Shown here one piece after another: positions 9,901 through 20,173 of a DNA stretch of 64,000 nt (the stretch's first letter is position 1; each line of letters opens with the position of its first letter). Where the stretch lies: positions 736,001 through 800,000 of the forward strand of contig CAVWVI010000004.1 in the NCBI GenBank assembly GCA_963758495.1, given 5' to 3'. Both the position numbers and the translations under genes were made by a program. Under the pieces are notes generated by a model, which made no database searches, was not told the origin of the DNA, and saw only the letters and a program-made list of their open reading frames with translations. This DNA comes from Oligoflexia bacterium (GTDB lineage Bacteria; Bdellovibrionota; UBA1018).

Positions 9901-11610
9901 ATGCATAATACTCCCCTCTCCAATCAATATGGAGACACATTTATACACTTAACTCCTCAACAACGCCTGAAGCAGATTCTTTGGAAAGAACGAAAAGACA
10001 TTTGGGTAGTCATTATCTATGGAATCTTTGCAGGACTCCTTTCATTGATTATTCCTATTGCAGTACAAGCGTTAGTCAATACAATAGGCTTTGGATCATT
10101 ACTTCAACCGATCTTTGTTCTCACTTTTCTTGTATTTACGATTCTCGGTTTTTCTGGACTGATGCGAACCCTGCAATGCTTTGTGATGGAGATTATCCAA
10201 CAACGAATTTTTACCCGAATAGCGCTCGATCTTGCTCATCGTTTACCTCGAGTGCAAATTGAAATTTATGATTCAAATCAAGGAACGGAACTCGTCAATC
10301 GTTTTTTTGACGTTTTAATTGTCCAGAAAAGTGCCGCAATCATTGTACTCGATGGAATTGCTATTATACTACAAACTGTGCTCGGCATGATTCTTTTGGC
10401 ATTTTATCATCCCTCGCTCCTTGTTTTTGATCTCTTGTTAGTTTGTTTTATTTTATTCGTATTTTTTGGCCTCGGACGCAAAGGTGTCGAAACCAGCATT
10501 GACGAATCTAAAGCAAAGTATGCAGTTGCAGCTTGGCTAGAAGAACTCGCAAGAAACCCTTTGGTTTTTAAATCCTATGGGGGCCCTGAATACGCCATCC
10601 GTCGATCTGACGAACTCACTGCAAAATATATTATTTCCAGAAAAAACCATTTTCAAATTCTTTTTAAACAAATTATTGGCTCCGCAGCTGTGCAAATCCT
10701 GGCAAGTTCTCTCCTACTGGGACTCGGGGGATGGCTTGTTGTCCGAAGGCAACTGACCCTTGGACAGTTAGTTGCCGCAGAATTAGTGGTTACAATGGTT
10801 GTTGCAAGTTTTTCTAAATTCGGAAAATATCTAGAAACCTTTTATGACCTCATTGCGGCAGCTGATAAATTAGGACATCTCCTCGACCTACCCCTAGAGA
10901 AATGGGACGGAGAAAAAGTGCAGTTACAAGCCGAACCTTCATCGGTGAAACTGCAAGGAGTCACCTTTCATTATCAGAGTGGGGTTAAATCGCTTTCAGA
11001 TATCAGCTTTGAAGCCAAAGCCGGTTCTAAGGTAGGAATTATAGGTGAAAATGGATCAGGAAAAAGCACTCTCGTCAGTTTACTTTTTGGCCTGAGAAAA
11101 CCGGATGTAGGCGCAGTGGAAATTGACGGGATGGATCTCCGCGAAATTCCTTTAGAGAAAATCCGACCCACAATCGCATTTGTTCGAGGAATAGAAATAT
11201 TCGACGGTACTATTCTAGAAAACATCAAAGTCAATAGACCGGACATTGATTTGAAAGAAGTTCGTGACGTCCTTGCTTCATTGGATCTTTTAGAAGGAAT
11301 TTCAGCCCTTCCTCAAGGATTACTCACTCGGTTATCAGGTGGTAATCAATCCCCTCTTTCGTCCGGACAATGTCAAAGGCTCATGGTAGCGCGAGCGATC
11401 ATTGGAAAGCCACGACTCTTGATTTTGGATGAATCTTTGGACAATATTGATGCAGACTCTCACAAAAAGGTGATTGACGTGCTCTTTAATGAAAAGTCTC
11501 CCTGGACCCTGATTCTTACTACTCATAATCCCGATCTCGCAAGTCATTGCGATCAAGTGTACTTTTTGAAAGACGGGAAAATCAGCAAGGAAAGAAGGGC
11601 ATCTCTATAA
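9901..11610 (+). CDS. Type I secretion-type ABC transporter (TM domain plus ATPase)
   Basis: TM domain with LTLGQLVAAEL; Walker A GENGSGKS; signature variant LSSGQCQR; LLILDE. Confidence 0.9.
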   Translation: MHNTPLSNQYGDTFIHLTPQQRLKQILWKERKDIWVVIIYGIFAGLLSLIIPIAVQALVNTIGFGSLLQPIFVLTFLVFTILGFSGLMRTLQCFVMEIIQQRIFTRIALDLAHRLPRVQIEIYDSNQGTELVNRFFDVLIVQKSAAIIVLDGIAIILQTVLGMILLAFYHPSLLVFDLLLVCFILFVFFGLGRKGVETSIDESKAKYAVAAWLEELARNPLVFKSYGGPEYAIRRSDELTAKYIISRKNHFQILFKQIIGSAAVQILASSLLLGLGGWLVVRRQLTLGQLVAAELVVTMVVASFSKFGKYLETFYDLIAAADKLGHLLDLPLEKWDGEKVQLQAEPSSVKLQGVTFHYQSGVKSLSDISFEAKAGSKVGIIGENGSGKSTLVSLLFGLRKPDVGAVEIDGMDLREIPLEKIRPTIAFVRGIEIFDGTILENIKVNRPDIDLKEVRDVLASLDLLEGISALPQGLLTRLSGGNQSPLSSGQCQRLMVARAIIGKPRLLILDESLDNIDADSHKKVIDVLFNEKSPWTLILTTHNPDLASHCDQVYFLKDGKISKERRASL

Positions 11611-12647
11611 TGTATTCTTTACCTGAATCAACCCCAGATCTTCGCTCTTTCCAGCTTGTGCAATCTCCAAAGAGTGCACGAAGTCTGGCAATGGTCCTCA
11701 TCTCAGTTTTAATCTCAGGACTGATGTTACTGATTTTTGCTCCCTGGCAACAGACTTCCATGGGACGTGGCCGTATTGTAGCGTATTCGCCTACGGATCG
11801 TCAGCAAAGTATAGATGCCCCAGTAGAAGGCCGTCTCGGGCGTTGGCTTGTCCATGAAGGCTCACAAGTCAAAGCAGGTGACTCCATTGTAGAAATTGTA
11901 GACAATGACCCCGAGATTCTCAATCGCCTCAATATTGAAAAGGAAGCCCTGACCTCCCGTTTAAATGCTGCAAAGGCTTCGATTCAAATCGCTAAAATTA
12001 ATTTGGAACGCCAAAAAATTCTCGCCCAACAAGGATTGAGCTCACAACGTTCCTATGAACTCGCGAAACTTGAAATGACTAAATTTTCGACAGATGTCGC
12101 CAATGCTCAAGCAGAAATTGCACGAATTGATGTTCGCCTTGCAAGACAGGCTACACAATCTGTGAAAGCCCCTCGTGATGGAACCATTCTCAGAAGAATT
12201 GCAGGAGAAGGTTCTGTATTAGTGAAAGCAGGGACTTCACTTGCTATCTTAGTTCCGAATACTGATTCAAGAGCAGTGGAACTCTGGATTGACGGAAATG
12301 ATGTCTCTCTCATGAAAGAAGGAAGAGAAGTTCGACTCCAATTTGAAGGTTGGCCAGCCATTCAATTTAGCGGTTGGCCCTCCGTAGCTGTAGGAACGTT
12401 CGGGGGAAAAGTCGCTTTAATCGATGCTGCCGATAACGGAAATGGTAAATTTCGCACCCTTGTTGTTCCCAATGGTACAGAGCCTTGGCCATCGAGTGAT
12501 TATCTCCGTCAAGGAATTAGGGCGCACGGTTGGATTCTTTTAGGGCGGGTTCGACTCGGATATGAACTTTGGAGACAGTTTAATGGCTTCCCACCAGCCA
12601 TTGCCTACGAACCTGCTTCAAGTTCTTCCGCTAAGGGAATTGAGTGA
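11610..12647 (+). CDS. HlyD-family periplasmic adaptor
   Basis: ATG overlaps the upstream stop (TAATG); N-terminal TM, lipoyl halves, coiled coil, RLQFEGWPAIQFSGWP. Confidence 0.9.
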   Translation: MYSLPESTPDLRSFQLVQSPKSARSLAMVLISVLISGLMLLIFAPWQQTSMGRGRIVAYSPTDRQQSIDAPVEGRLGRWLVHEGSQVKAGDSIVEIVDNDPEILNRLNIEKEALTSRLNAAKASIQIAKINLERQKILAQQGLSSQRSYELAKLEMTKFSTDVANAQAEIARIDVRLARQATQSVKAPRDGTILRRIAGEGSVLVKAGTSLAILVPNTDSRAVELWIDGNDVSLMKEGREVRLQFEGWPAIQFSGWPSVAVGTFGGKVALIDAADNGNGKFRTLVVPNGTEPWPSSDYLRQGIRAHGWILLGRVRLGYELWRQFNGFPPAIAYEPASSSSAKGIE

Positions 12648-14080
12648 TTTTTACAGGTAATTCCATCATTTCAAATTTTCTCCTGCTTGCTACATTTTTG
12701 ATGTTAGCTCCCTCTGAAGTTTATGCTTCTAAGCTCAACTTGAATGACGTTTTAAATTCAGTGGATCAACACTATCCTTTGATGATTGCTGCAAGACGAG
12801 ACATTGAGAAGACCCAAGGTGATCTCCTTTCTGCACAAGGTGGATTTGATCCGGTATTGAAAGCCAATAGCATCAACACTCCTGTCGGTTATTATAACTA
12901 TAATTATTTAGACACTACGCTGGAGCAACCTACTCCCTTGTGGGGAAGCAAAGTCTACGGGGGCTGGAGAACAGGCCAAGGAAACTTTCCTGTCTATGAC
13001 GGCCGACTCTCTACTTTCACGGGCGGAGAACTTCGAGGAGGTATTGAAGTTCCCATTTTAAGAAATGGTACGATTGATGAGCGGCGAGCTAAAATTCAAT
13101 CCTATGAAAAAAGTGTGGAAATCGCGAATGCCTCGATGTCACTTCAACGTCTTGAAGCTACACGGCAGGCCACCCATTATTACTGGGAATGGGTGGCGGC
13201 AGGCAGAAAATTAGCGATAGCCCACGATATGCTCGATATGGCTGAAGTTCGAGATAAAGGATTACTGCAACGTCTTAAACATGGCGACGTTCCACTCATT
13301 GAACAAACAGAAAATCAACGTGCTGTGGTGCAAAGGAAATCATCTGTCATAGCCGCGGAGCGAGCATTACAAAAATCTACATTGGAATTGTCGCTTTTTT
13401 TTCGAAATTCCGAAGGTGTTCCTATTTTAGTAGAGAGGTCTCTTCTTCCCACTTCATTTCCTGAACCTGTAGAAATGGAAGATGTTCAATCAGATCAAGA
13501 TGATCAAATTCAATCCGTTCTGATTCGTCATCCTGAGCTCAAGCGTATTCACTTCCAAATGGATCAAACTCAGATTGATGTACGTTTTGCTCAAAATCAA
13601 ATTTTACCCCGTCTTGATTTTCAGTTCGGAGCTTCGTTGGATCTAGGAAGCCCCCCCTCGCCTACTCTTTCGTCTGCTTATATGCTCCCCCCCTATAACA
13701 CAGAACTCAAAATAGGAGTCTTGCTTGAAATTCCACTTTTCTTTAGAACTGCTCGTGGAAAATTAGAGGCTACTCGGGCTACTTATTCACGCATGGATGC
13801 GCAAGCTTCTTTGACACGGGATCGGATTAAAATGAATCTTATTAATTCGCTCCAAGCGATCAAGACGTCTCAAAAGCGAGTCACTTTGGCACGTCAGGAA
13901 CTGGAGTTAGCTCGAAAGCTCGAAGATGGCGAGAGAACACGATTTCTTCATGGCGATAGTACCCTGTTGATTGTCAATATTCGTGAACAAGCCACTGGAG
14001 ATGCTGCTATTCGAGAAGTCGATGCGTTGCTGGAATACTATCGGGCAAAAGCAGATTATCAGACGTCACTGGCCCAATAA
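12644..14080 (+). CDS. TolC-family outer-membrane protein
   Basis: Signal peptide; GGFDP and ILPRLD repeat-unit starts; helical repeats; operon context. Confidence 0.88.
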   Translation: MIFTGNSIISNFLLLATFLMLAPSEVYASKLNLNDVLNSVDQHYPLMIAARRDIEKTQGDLLSAQGGFDPVLKANSINTPVGYYNYNYLDTTLEQPTPLWGSKVYGGWRTGQGNFPVYDGRLSTFTGGELRGGIEVPILRNGTIDERRAKIQSYEKSVEIANASMSLQRLEATRQATHYYWEWVAAGRKLAIAHDMLDMAEVRDKGLLQRLKHGDVPLIEQTENQRAVVQRKSSVIAAERALQKSTLELSLFFRNSEGVPILVERSLLPTSFPEPVEMEDVQSDQDDQIQSVLIRHPELKRIHFQMDQTQIDVRFAQNQILPRLDFQFGASLDLGSPPSPTLSSAYMLPPYNTELKIGVLLEIPLFFRTARGKLEATRATYSRMDAQASLTRDRIKMNLINSLQAIKTSQKRVTLARQELELARKLEDGERTRFLHGDSTLLIVNIREQATGDAAIREVDALLEYYRAKADYQTSLAQ

Positions 14081-15889
14081 CGAAACACTCGACTGATACC
14101 GATAGAGCCTGGCATACAATCCATTTTGGTGGAGCAGAGACTCATGATTACCACTTTCAATAATACTACCTTTATTTAAAACAATAATTCGATCTGCAGA
14201 CTGAATGGTGGCTAAACGATGGGCAATGAGTAAACTCGTTTTATTGGAAGAAGCAACATCTAGACAACGCTGTAACGCACGTTCCGTCACCAAATCCATA
14301 TTTGCAGTGGCTTCATCAAGAATCCATATCTGTGGATTTTTGGAAAATGCACGAGCAAAAGCTATGCTTTGGCGCTCACCCATTGAAAAATTAGAACCTC
14401 TCTCTTGTAATAAAGTATGTTGAGGATATTGAAACCCTATGGAATTCAGGAAGTCTTTCGTTTTGTCTAAATTAATATTTTTCCAAAAAGTGACATTTTC
14501 TTCAAATGATCCTGAAAAAATAAAAACCTCTTGCTGAACAATCCCAATCGATGATCGCAGAGAACGTTTGTCATAGTGTTTTAAATCTTTACCATCTACA
14601 AGAATTCGTCCACGTTGCGGTTCGTAAAATCTCATTAATAAACTAATGAGCGTGCTCTTGCCCGCTCCCGTATGACCTACCACTCCAATCCGTTCGCCCG
14701 CTTTAATTTCTAACGAAAAGTCGCGTAAGATCCAATTTTCATCTTCATAAGCAAACCATACGTTTTCAAAAACAATTTCTCCTCTTAAATCTGGGAGCCC
14801 TTGAGATGAAATCAGTGCCGTGTTTTCCTCAAGTTCAGTCTCCCAAGTCAAAATGGAAAAAATCCTCTCTGCAGAAGCCATTCCAGATAGAAAGATATTC
14901 CATTTATCTGCTATTTCCCTCACTGGCTGGAAAAGGGATAAAATATATGAAAAATAGGCGACAAGAACTCCTAACTTTAAACTCCCCCTCAGCGCCTCTT
15001 GTCCGCCAAAGCCAATGACACAGGCTACAGAAATACCGGCAGCTAGCGTAATTGCAGGCTGAAACAAAGCAAACACTCGCGTAGAAGATAATTGAGCATC
15101 AGCATACCATTGATTGAATCGATCAAATTGTTTCATATGCAATTTCTGTCGATTAAATAAACAAACTATTTTCATCCCCGATAAATTCTCAGCCAAAAAA
15201 GAATTGAGCGCCGAAAGTTTACTCCGTGTATCGCGATAAGAAATGCTCAATTGTTTGCTGAAATAAATAGAAATCAGAATTAGAACTGGAAACACACTGG
15301 ATGCAATCAGTGCAAGCCTCAGATCGAGAATCATAAGCCAGACCAATATTCCAAGAACTAAAAGAACATTGCAAAGCATGGATAGGAATCCGGCAGAGAA
15401 CATCTCATTAACAGCGGCTATGTCATTCGTTACCCGAGTCATCAGACGCCCAGCTGGATTTTTATCGAAAACCTGCACCGACATTCTTTGTAAATGCGAG
15501 AAAAGCATGAGACGTAAATCTTGGGTTACGCGTTGGCCGAGAAGTTCAAAAAAATAACCTTGCTGGCTTGCTGAAACTGTACGAACAATCGTAAGAAACA
15601 GGAAAAATGAGGTGATTGATTTTAAAAGGTCCCACCTTTTTGGAATAATTGCCTCATCAATTGCATATCCTAATACTCGCGGCTCTAGAAGAGTGGCAAA
15701 CGTTCCAAATACAATCATTGTAACACCCATAATCAGCGGCCATCGATGCTTTAACATCAAAGACAAAAGCGGCATAAAAGTATGGGGTCGAACTTTCTTA
15801 CGTTCTCGTTCTTCAATGTCTAAATGTGATTCCAACCCAATTGAATTACCCATTGAATTACCCATTGAATTAGAAGAGGTGGTGCTCAT
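14066..15889 (-). CDS. ABC exporter half (MdlB-like)
   Basis: TM domain with GRLMTRVTND; GHTGAGKS; FSMGERQ; ILDEAT; IAHRL. Confidence 0.9.
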   Translation of the reverse strand: MSTTSSNSMGNSMGNSIGLESHLDIEERERKKVRPHTFMPLLSLMLKHRWPLIMGVTMIVFGTFATLLEPRVLGYAIDEAIIPKRWDLLKSITSFFLFLTIVRTVSASQQGYFFELLGQRVTQDLRLMLFSHLQRMSVQVFDKNPAGRLMTRVTNDIAAVNEMFSAGFLSMLCNVLLVLGILVWLMILDLRLALIASSVFPVLILISIYFSKQLSISYRDTRSKLSALNSFLAENLSGMKIVCLFNRQKLHMKQFDRFNQWYADAQLSSTRVFALFQPAITLAAGISVACVIGFGGQEALRGSLKLGVLVAYFSYILSLFQPVREIADKWNIFLSGMASAERIFSILTWETELEENTALISSQGLPDLRGEIVFENVWFAYEDENWILRDFSLEIKAGERIGVVGHTGAGKSTLISLLMRFYEPQRGRILVDGKDLKHYDKRSLRSSIGIVQQEVFIFSGSFEENVTFWKNINLDKTKDFLNSIGFQYPQHTLLQERGSNFSMGERQSIAFARAFSKNPQIWILDEATANMDLVTERALQRCLDVASSNKTSLLIAHRLATIQSADRIIVLNKGSIIESGNHESLLHQNGLYARLYRYQSSVSLLGQ

Positions 15890-17696
15890 TTTGGTAATTT
15901 TCCAGATCTTCTTTTAACTGTTGTTGTTCAAAAAATTTACTATACAGCCCACTTTTCTCCCTCAATAATTGTGTGTGAGTACCCATTTGAATTATTTTTC
16001 CAGCATCTAAAACGACAATGCGATTCGCATTCTGAACAGTAGATACTCGATGGGCAGCAATAATCTCCGTATTTCTATCTGGCCGCGAGCAAAGTCCTTG
16101 AAGAATTTTGTTCTCAGTCTGCACATCCACTGATGAAAGCGCGTCATCTAAAATCAATATAGAAGGCTTCTTCGCCAAAGCACGAGCGAGAGTCAATCTT
16201 TGCCTCTGCCCTCCAGAAAGATTAACGCCCCGTTCTCCTAATTGCGTTCGATAATTAGAACTTAACCCCAATATTTCTTCATGAATGGAAGCTACCTCAG
16301 CTGCTTCCTGAATGGGCACGAATGCATGAGCCCGCCCAATCCATTCATGGAGGCCAAAAGCTACATTCTCCATAATCGTTTCACTGAAAAGAAAAACCTC
16401 CTGACTCACGTACCCCATTTGTCGACGGAGCTCCTCAAGTGACCAATCATTGATATCAACTCCATCAATGAATAACATCTCTCGGCCAACCGGATAGAGT
16501 CTTGGAAGTAAAGAAAGAATAGCGGATTTTCCAGCTCCGATCTTACCTACAAAAGCAATTCGCTCACCTGGCTCAATCACTAAATTAACCTGCTCCAAAA
16601 TAGGACGAGTGGACCCTGGAAAAGAAAAAGTCAGATTTCTAAATTCAACTCTCCCTTCCTTTTTGGCAGGTGAGATCGCCTGAAAAGGCTCTGGAATATC
16701 GGTTCTCACTGAAAAAATTTCTTTCAAGCGATTTGAACTTGAGACTGCACGTTGGAAATAATTGATAGCCATACCCAATGCAGCCATAGGCCAAACCATT
16801 TTTTGAATATACCGCTGAAAAGCTACGAAAACGCCTAAGCTAATGGCTTCACCTTCCGACCTAATAATGGACCCACCACCCCAATAGAGTAAAATAACCA
16901 TTCCAATACTCATGCTAAAATCCATTGTGGGACCCATTGCACTTTGGACTCGCGCTAAACTGAGATTCAATCGCATATATTCTTCGCCCACTTCACGCAT
17001 GCGATGGATTTGAGTATCTTCATGAGCAAAGGCCTTAGTCACTCGAATACCGTTCAGACTCTCCTGAGTCATGGCCGATATCTTACCAAAACACTCTTGC
17101 ACTTCCTCAAAACGCTGATGAACTTTCTTCTCATTCTTCATGACTATGAAAGGAATCAAAGGGAGTGGTAAACAGGCGAGGAATGTCAATCGAGGAGAAA
17201 GCATGAACATGGCAACTGGAACTGTCAGTAAATAAATAATGGCATCTGCAAAAACCAAAAGACCGGTCCCAATTGCCATTCGGACTGCTTCAACATCACT
17301 TGTCGCCAAGGACATGAGGTCACCCATTCGGTGTCGGTCAAAAAAACTAGGAGAAAGTTCAAACAAATGCCGAGCGTAGCTTCCTCTTAAATCTCTACCT
17401 GCATAGACACTCGAACGTATTAAATACATCCTCCAACCATATCTGCAGATTGCTTGAGCTAAAGCTGTCGCTAAATAAGCAAGAACCACCCAAAGAAGGA
17501 GACGAACCGGCTGTCGATCTACGGTAATATCCACCGCTCTTTTTAAATAAAGAGGGGGAAGAATTTCTAATAGATCTACAACCAATAATGCAAAAAGGCC
17601 TATTCCAACCCACCGCCTGTACTTCCAAAGATAATAGCGAATGAATGACGTTTCTTCTAAAAATCGGTTTGGCCTCTTTTTAGAGCCTCTAAGCAT
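15870..17696 (-). CDS. ABC exporter half (MdlA-like)
   Basis: GDLMSLATSDVEAVRM; GKIGAGKS; LSGGQRQR; ILDDALS; heterodimer pair with the neighbour. Confidence 0.9.
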   Translation of the reverse strand: MLRGSKKRPNRFLEETSFIRYYLWKYRRWVGIGLFALLVVDLLEILPPLYLKRAVDITVDRQPVRLLLWVVLAYLATALAQAICRYGWRMYLIRSSVYAGRDLRGSYARHLFELSPSFFDRHRMGDLMSLATSDVEAVRMAIGTGLLVFADAIIYLLTVPVAMFMLSPRLTFLACLPLPLIPFIVMKNEKKVHQRFEEVQECFGKISAMTQESLNGIRVTKAFAHEDTQIHRMREVGEEYMRLNLSLARVQSAMGPTMDFSMSIGMVILLYWGGGSIIRSEGEAISLGVFVAFQRYIQKMVWPMAALGMAINYFQRAVSSSNRLKEIFSVRTDIPEPFQAISPAKKEGRVEFRNLTFSFPGSTRPILEQVNLVIEPGERIAFVGKIGAGKSAILSLLPRLYPVGREMLFIDGVDINDWSLEELRRQMGYVSQEVFLFSETIMENVAFGLHEWIGRAHAFVPIQEAAEVASIHEEILGLSSNYRTQLGERGVNLSGGQRQRLTLARALAKKPSILILDDALSSVDVQTENKILQGLCSRPDRNTEIIAAHRVSTVQNANRIVVLDAGKIIQMGTHTQLLREKSGLYSKFFEQQQLKEDLENYQNEHHLF

Positions 17697-18658
17697 CGGT
17701 GGAAATCCCCTGGTATTGAACTTTGGATAGAAATTCTATTTTTATGGATTGGATGGGGGAAAGTCAAGTTGGCAGCATGCAACATCAGACGAGGAATCTT
17801 TAAATGACCGACTTGACTCCTCCCTCCATAAGTCAAGTCGCCTAGAATCGGCAAACTATGCCCAGAAAGGTGAACTCGAATCTGATGGGTACGACCCGTT
17901 CGAGGTTGAGCTTCTATCAGAAGGACTTGTTTCATTTTTTCTAAGATTTTGAAATCTGTATGAGCAAAGTCTCCTCCTGATCGCACAGAACAGTACTTCG
18001 ACCTTTTCCCTTCTGTCTTAGAACGTGCCAAGTAATTCTTAACATGCCATTGATCGGGCAGAGTACTCGAAGCATTTTTTGAGGCTTCGAAGGCACTCAG
18101 GGCTAGGTAAGTTTTTACCGCCAGATGAGAAGCAAAAAGCTCTGCCACTCCAGGGTTTGCTTCCTGGGACTTCGTAAAAAGAATCACCCCTGAAGTATCC
18201 CGATCTAATCGATGATGTAATCCCAAATAGGAAGTAGGGGAATGACCCTCTCTATTTTTGAGAAATTTTTTGACAGCAGCAAATAGATTATCTCTAGCCT
18301 CATCGAGTGTGGGCTGGGTGGGCAAACCAGGAGGCTTATCTACCGCTATCAGATAGGGATCTTCGAAAAGAATGCGATCCTCAGTCATCGTAAAGGGAAT
18401 ATCAGAAGCTTTAGCTTCTGAATTTAACTTCTGTAAGTCAACGAACACCTCAATACGCACATTGACCAATAACTCCTTTGAAGCGATACGGACTCTTTTA
18501 CCATTTAAATAAACAGCCCCGGCCACTACCAGCTTCCTGACTTTTCCTTTCGAAATAGGCTGATTTAAAGCGATAGGAAGCCATTCTGCCAGGACATGGT
18601 CCAGTCTACGATTGAAATGCTGCTGTGTGGTTACTAAACTCAATTTTTTAGGTGGCAT
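17657..18658 (-). CDS. RluA-family pseudouridine synthase with S4 domain
   Basis: KPPGLPT, HRLDRDTSG, TGRTHQIRVH, PILGD, LMLHA. Confidence 0.93.
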   Translation of the reverse strand: MPPKKLSLVTTQQHFNRRLDHVLAEWLPIALNQPISKGKVRKLVVAGAVYLNGKRVRIASKELLVNVRIEVFVDLQKLNSEAKASDIPFTMTEDRILFEDPYLIAVDKPPGLPTQPTLDEARDNLFAAVKKFLKNREGHSPTSYLGLHHRLDRDTSGVILFTKSQEANPGVAELFASHLAVKTYLALSAFEASKNASSTLPDQWHVKNYLARSKTEGKRSKYCSVRSGGDFAHTDFKILEKMKQVLLIEAQPRTGRTHQIRVHLSGHSLPILGDLTYGGRSQVGHLKIPRLMLHAANLTFPHPIHKNRISIQSSIPGDFHRCLEALKRGQTDF

Positions 18659-18685
18659 ATAGGTTTATAGTGCTAAACTAATCAC

Positions 18686-19963
18686 ATGGCGCAAAATTCG
18701 GAAACTCCGAAATTTCCGGCACCCATTCCAAACCCCCTGAAAGAGCGTCAGGCGCTTGGCAGGGAGGACAAAATTAAGGAAAATCAGGGCAACAAACAGG
18801 GCAACGACCAGGGCCACGAAGAAGACAAGACCGATCCAAATTTGGTTTTACCTCAAAAGGCGGAGGCGATCGCCACAAAACCACGGCCAGTTAAGCTCCC
18901 TATTCGCATGCCTGAAATGGGTCCTCTCGATATCTACATGAAAGATCCGGCAGTCACAGAGATCATGATCAACGACCTGAGAAATGTGATTCTGGAAAAA
19001 AATGGAAGACTTATTACCTCAGAATTCTCCTACTCCGCAATTGACGAACTCAACCGGCTCACACGAAATATTTTAGATATTACCGGCAGAATCCTGAGCC
19101 CAGATTCACCCTATGTGGATGTCATGCTACCCGATGGTTCTCGCATCAATATTGTCGGTCCACCTTTAACCATTTCAGGCCCTTGCATCACCATTCGAAA
19201 GTCCCCCTCCAAGCGATATTCTATCCAAGACCTCATGAATGCTGAGACCCTGGACCAAAGGATTGCTTACTTTCTCAATGTTTGTGTCGTAGCTCGATTG
19301 AATCTCCTGATTTGTGGTGGCACAGGCAGTGGGAAAACAACCGTGCTCAATGCATTGGCAGCCCTTATTCCCCAAGATGAACGAATTATCACGATTGAAG
19401 ATACGCCCGAACTGGTTATTTCTCATCCCAACAGCGTCAGCTTACAAACAAAACCGCAGACTCCTGCCTCAAATCCTGTCACCACCCGAGAACTCATTGC
19501 TAATTCGCTCAGAATGAGACCCGATCGAATTATCGTTGGAGAATGCAGACGTTCGGAGGCATTTGATATGCTTCAAGCCATGAATACGGGCCACTCAGGC
19601 TCGATGACCACTCTCCACGCAAACTCCCCCCGAGATGGATTATCCAGAGTCGAAACTCTTTCCATGCTCGCCGGAGTGGACCTCCCTCTGATTGCTATTC
19701 GAAAACAAATGACAAGCGCTTTGGACCTCATTATCCAAATTAAGAGATTTAGAAACGGAAAACGGCGCATCACCCAAATTAGCGAAGTAACAGGCATTGA
19801 AGGGGATACGATTACGCTACAAGATATTTTTGTTTTTGAATTGAACTCCAGTAGTCCTGAACAACAGACAGCCGGAGTATTTAAAGCTACGGGGTTCGTG
19901 CCCACCTTTATGGATCGACTCAAAGAACAAGGTATTAAATTCCCACCTCATTATTTTGGATAA
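18686..19963 (+). CDS. cpaF: CpaF/TadA-family pilus/secretion ATPase
   Basis: GPL..DP.VTEIMIN, LPDGSRIN, GGTGSGKTT, TIEDTPEL, LRMRPDRIIVGECR, AMNTGH. Confidence 0.9.
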   Translation: MAQNSETPKFPAPIPNPLKERQALGREDKIKENQGNKQGNDQGHEEDKTDPNLVLPQKAEAIATKPRPVKLPIRMPEMGPLDIYMKDPAVTEIMINDLRNVILEKNGRLITSEFSYSAIDELNRLTRNILDITGRILSPDSPYVDVMLPDGSRINIVGPPLTISGPCITIRKSPSKRYSIQDLMNAETLDQRIAYFLNVCVVARLNLLICGGTGSGKTTVLNALAALIPQDERIITIEDTPELVISHPNSVSLQTKPQTPASNPVTTRELIANSLRMRPDRIIVGECRRSEAFDMLQAMNTGHSGSMTTLHANSPRDGLSRVETLSMLAGVDLPLIAIRKQMTSALDLIIQIKRFRNGKRRITQISEVTGIEGDTITLQDIFVFELNSSSPEQQTAGVFKATGFVPTFMDRLKEQGIKFPPHYFG

Positions 19964-20015
19964 ATTAATTAAGCAGAGTGATTCCGCACGAACAACTTTT
20001 GCGAAGAGAGTCTTT

Positions 20016-20148
20016 TATAAGTATAAAATATATACTTATATTGAGTCGAGAGCCTCAGCCCACCTAAAGCCTGAAATAAAGCACCGACCTACTCATTAGG
20101 TAGTCCACGAGCTTCATATAATCGGCTGCTGAACTGGAGCACCGATCA
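20016..20148 (-). other. Structured intergenic segment between convergent genes (palindrome plus long imperfect hairpin)
   Basis: Perfect TATAAGTATA-N5-TATACTTATA at 20016-20040; nested complementary blocks at 20042-20148 that pair best on the minus strand (G-U pairs). Confidence 0.4.
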
Positions 20149-20173
20149 GAGATCCAAAATTTTATTAACCTTT

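Noticed and set aside
15836..15871. 12-bp tandem repeat as a regulatory element
   Set aside because: It encodes NSMG repeats at an ABC N-terminus and is likely neutral slippage; the same applies to the KPVI repeat at about 37176-37210.
20042..20148. SRP RNA, 6S RNA or TPP riboswitch
   Set aside because: The conserved SRP loop order and TPP core are absent, and I could not find a 6S-length closing stem. It is kept only as an unassigned structure.
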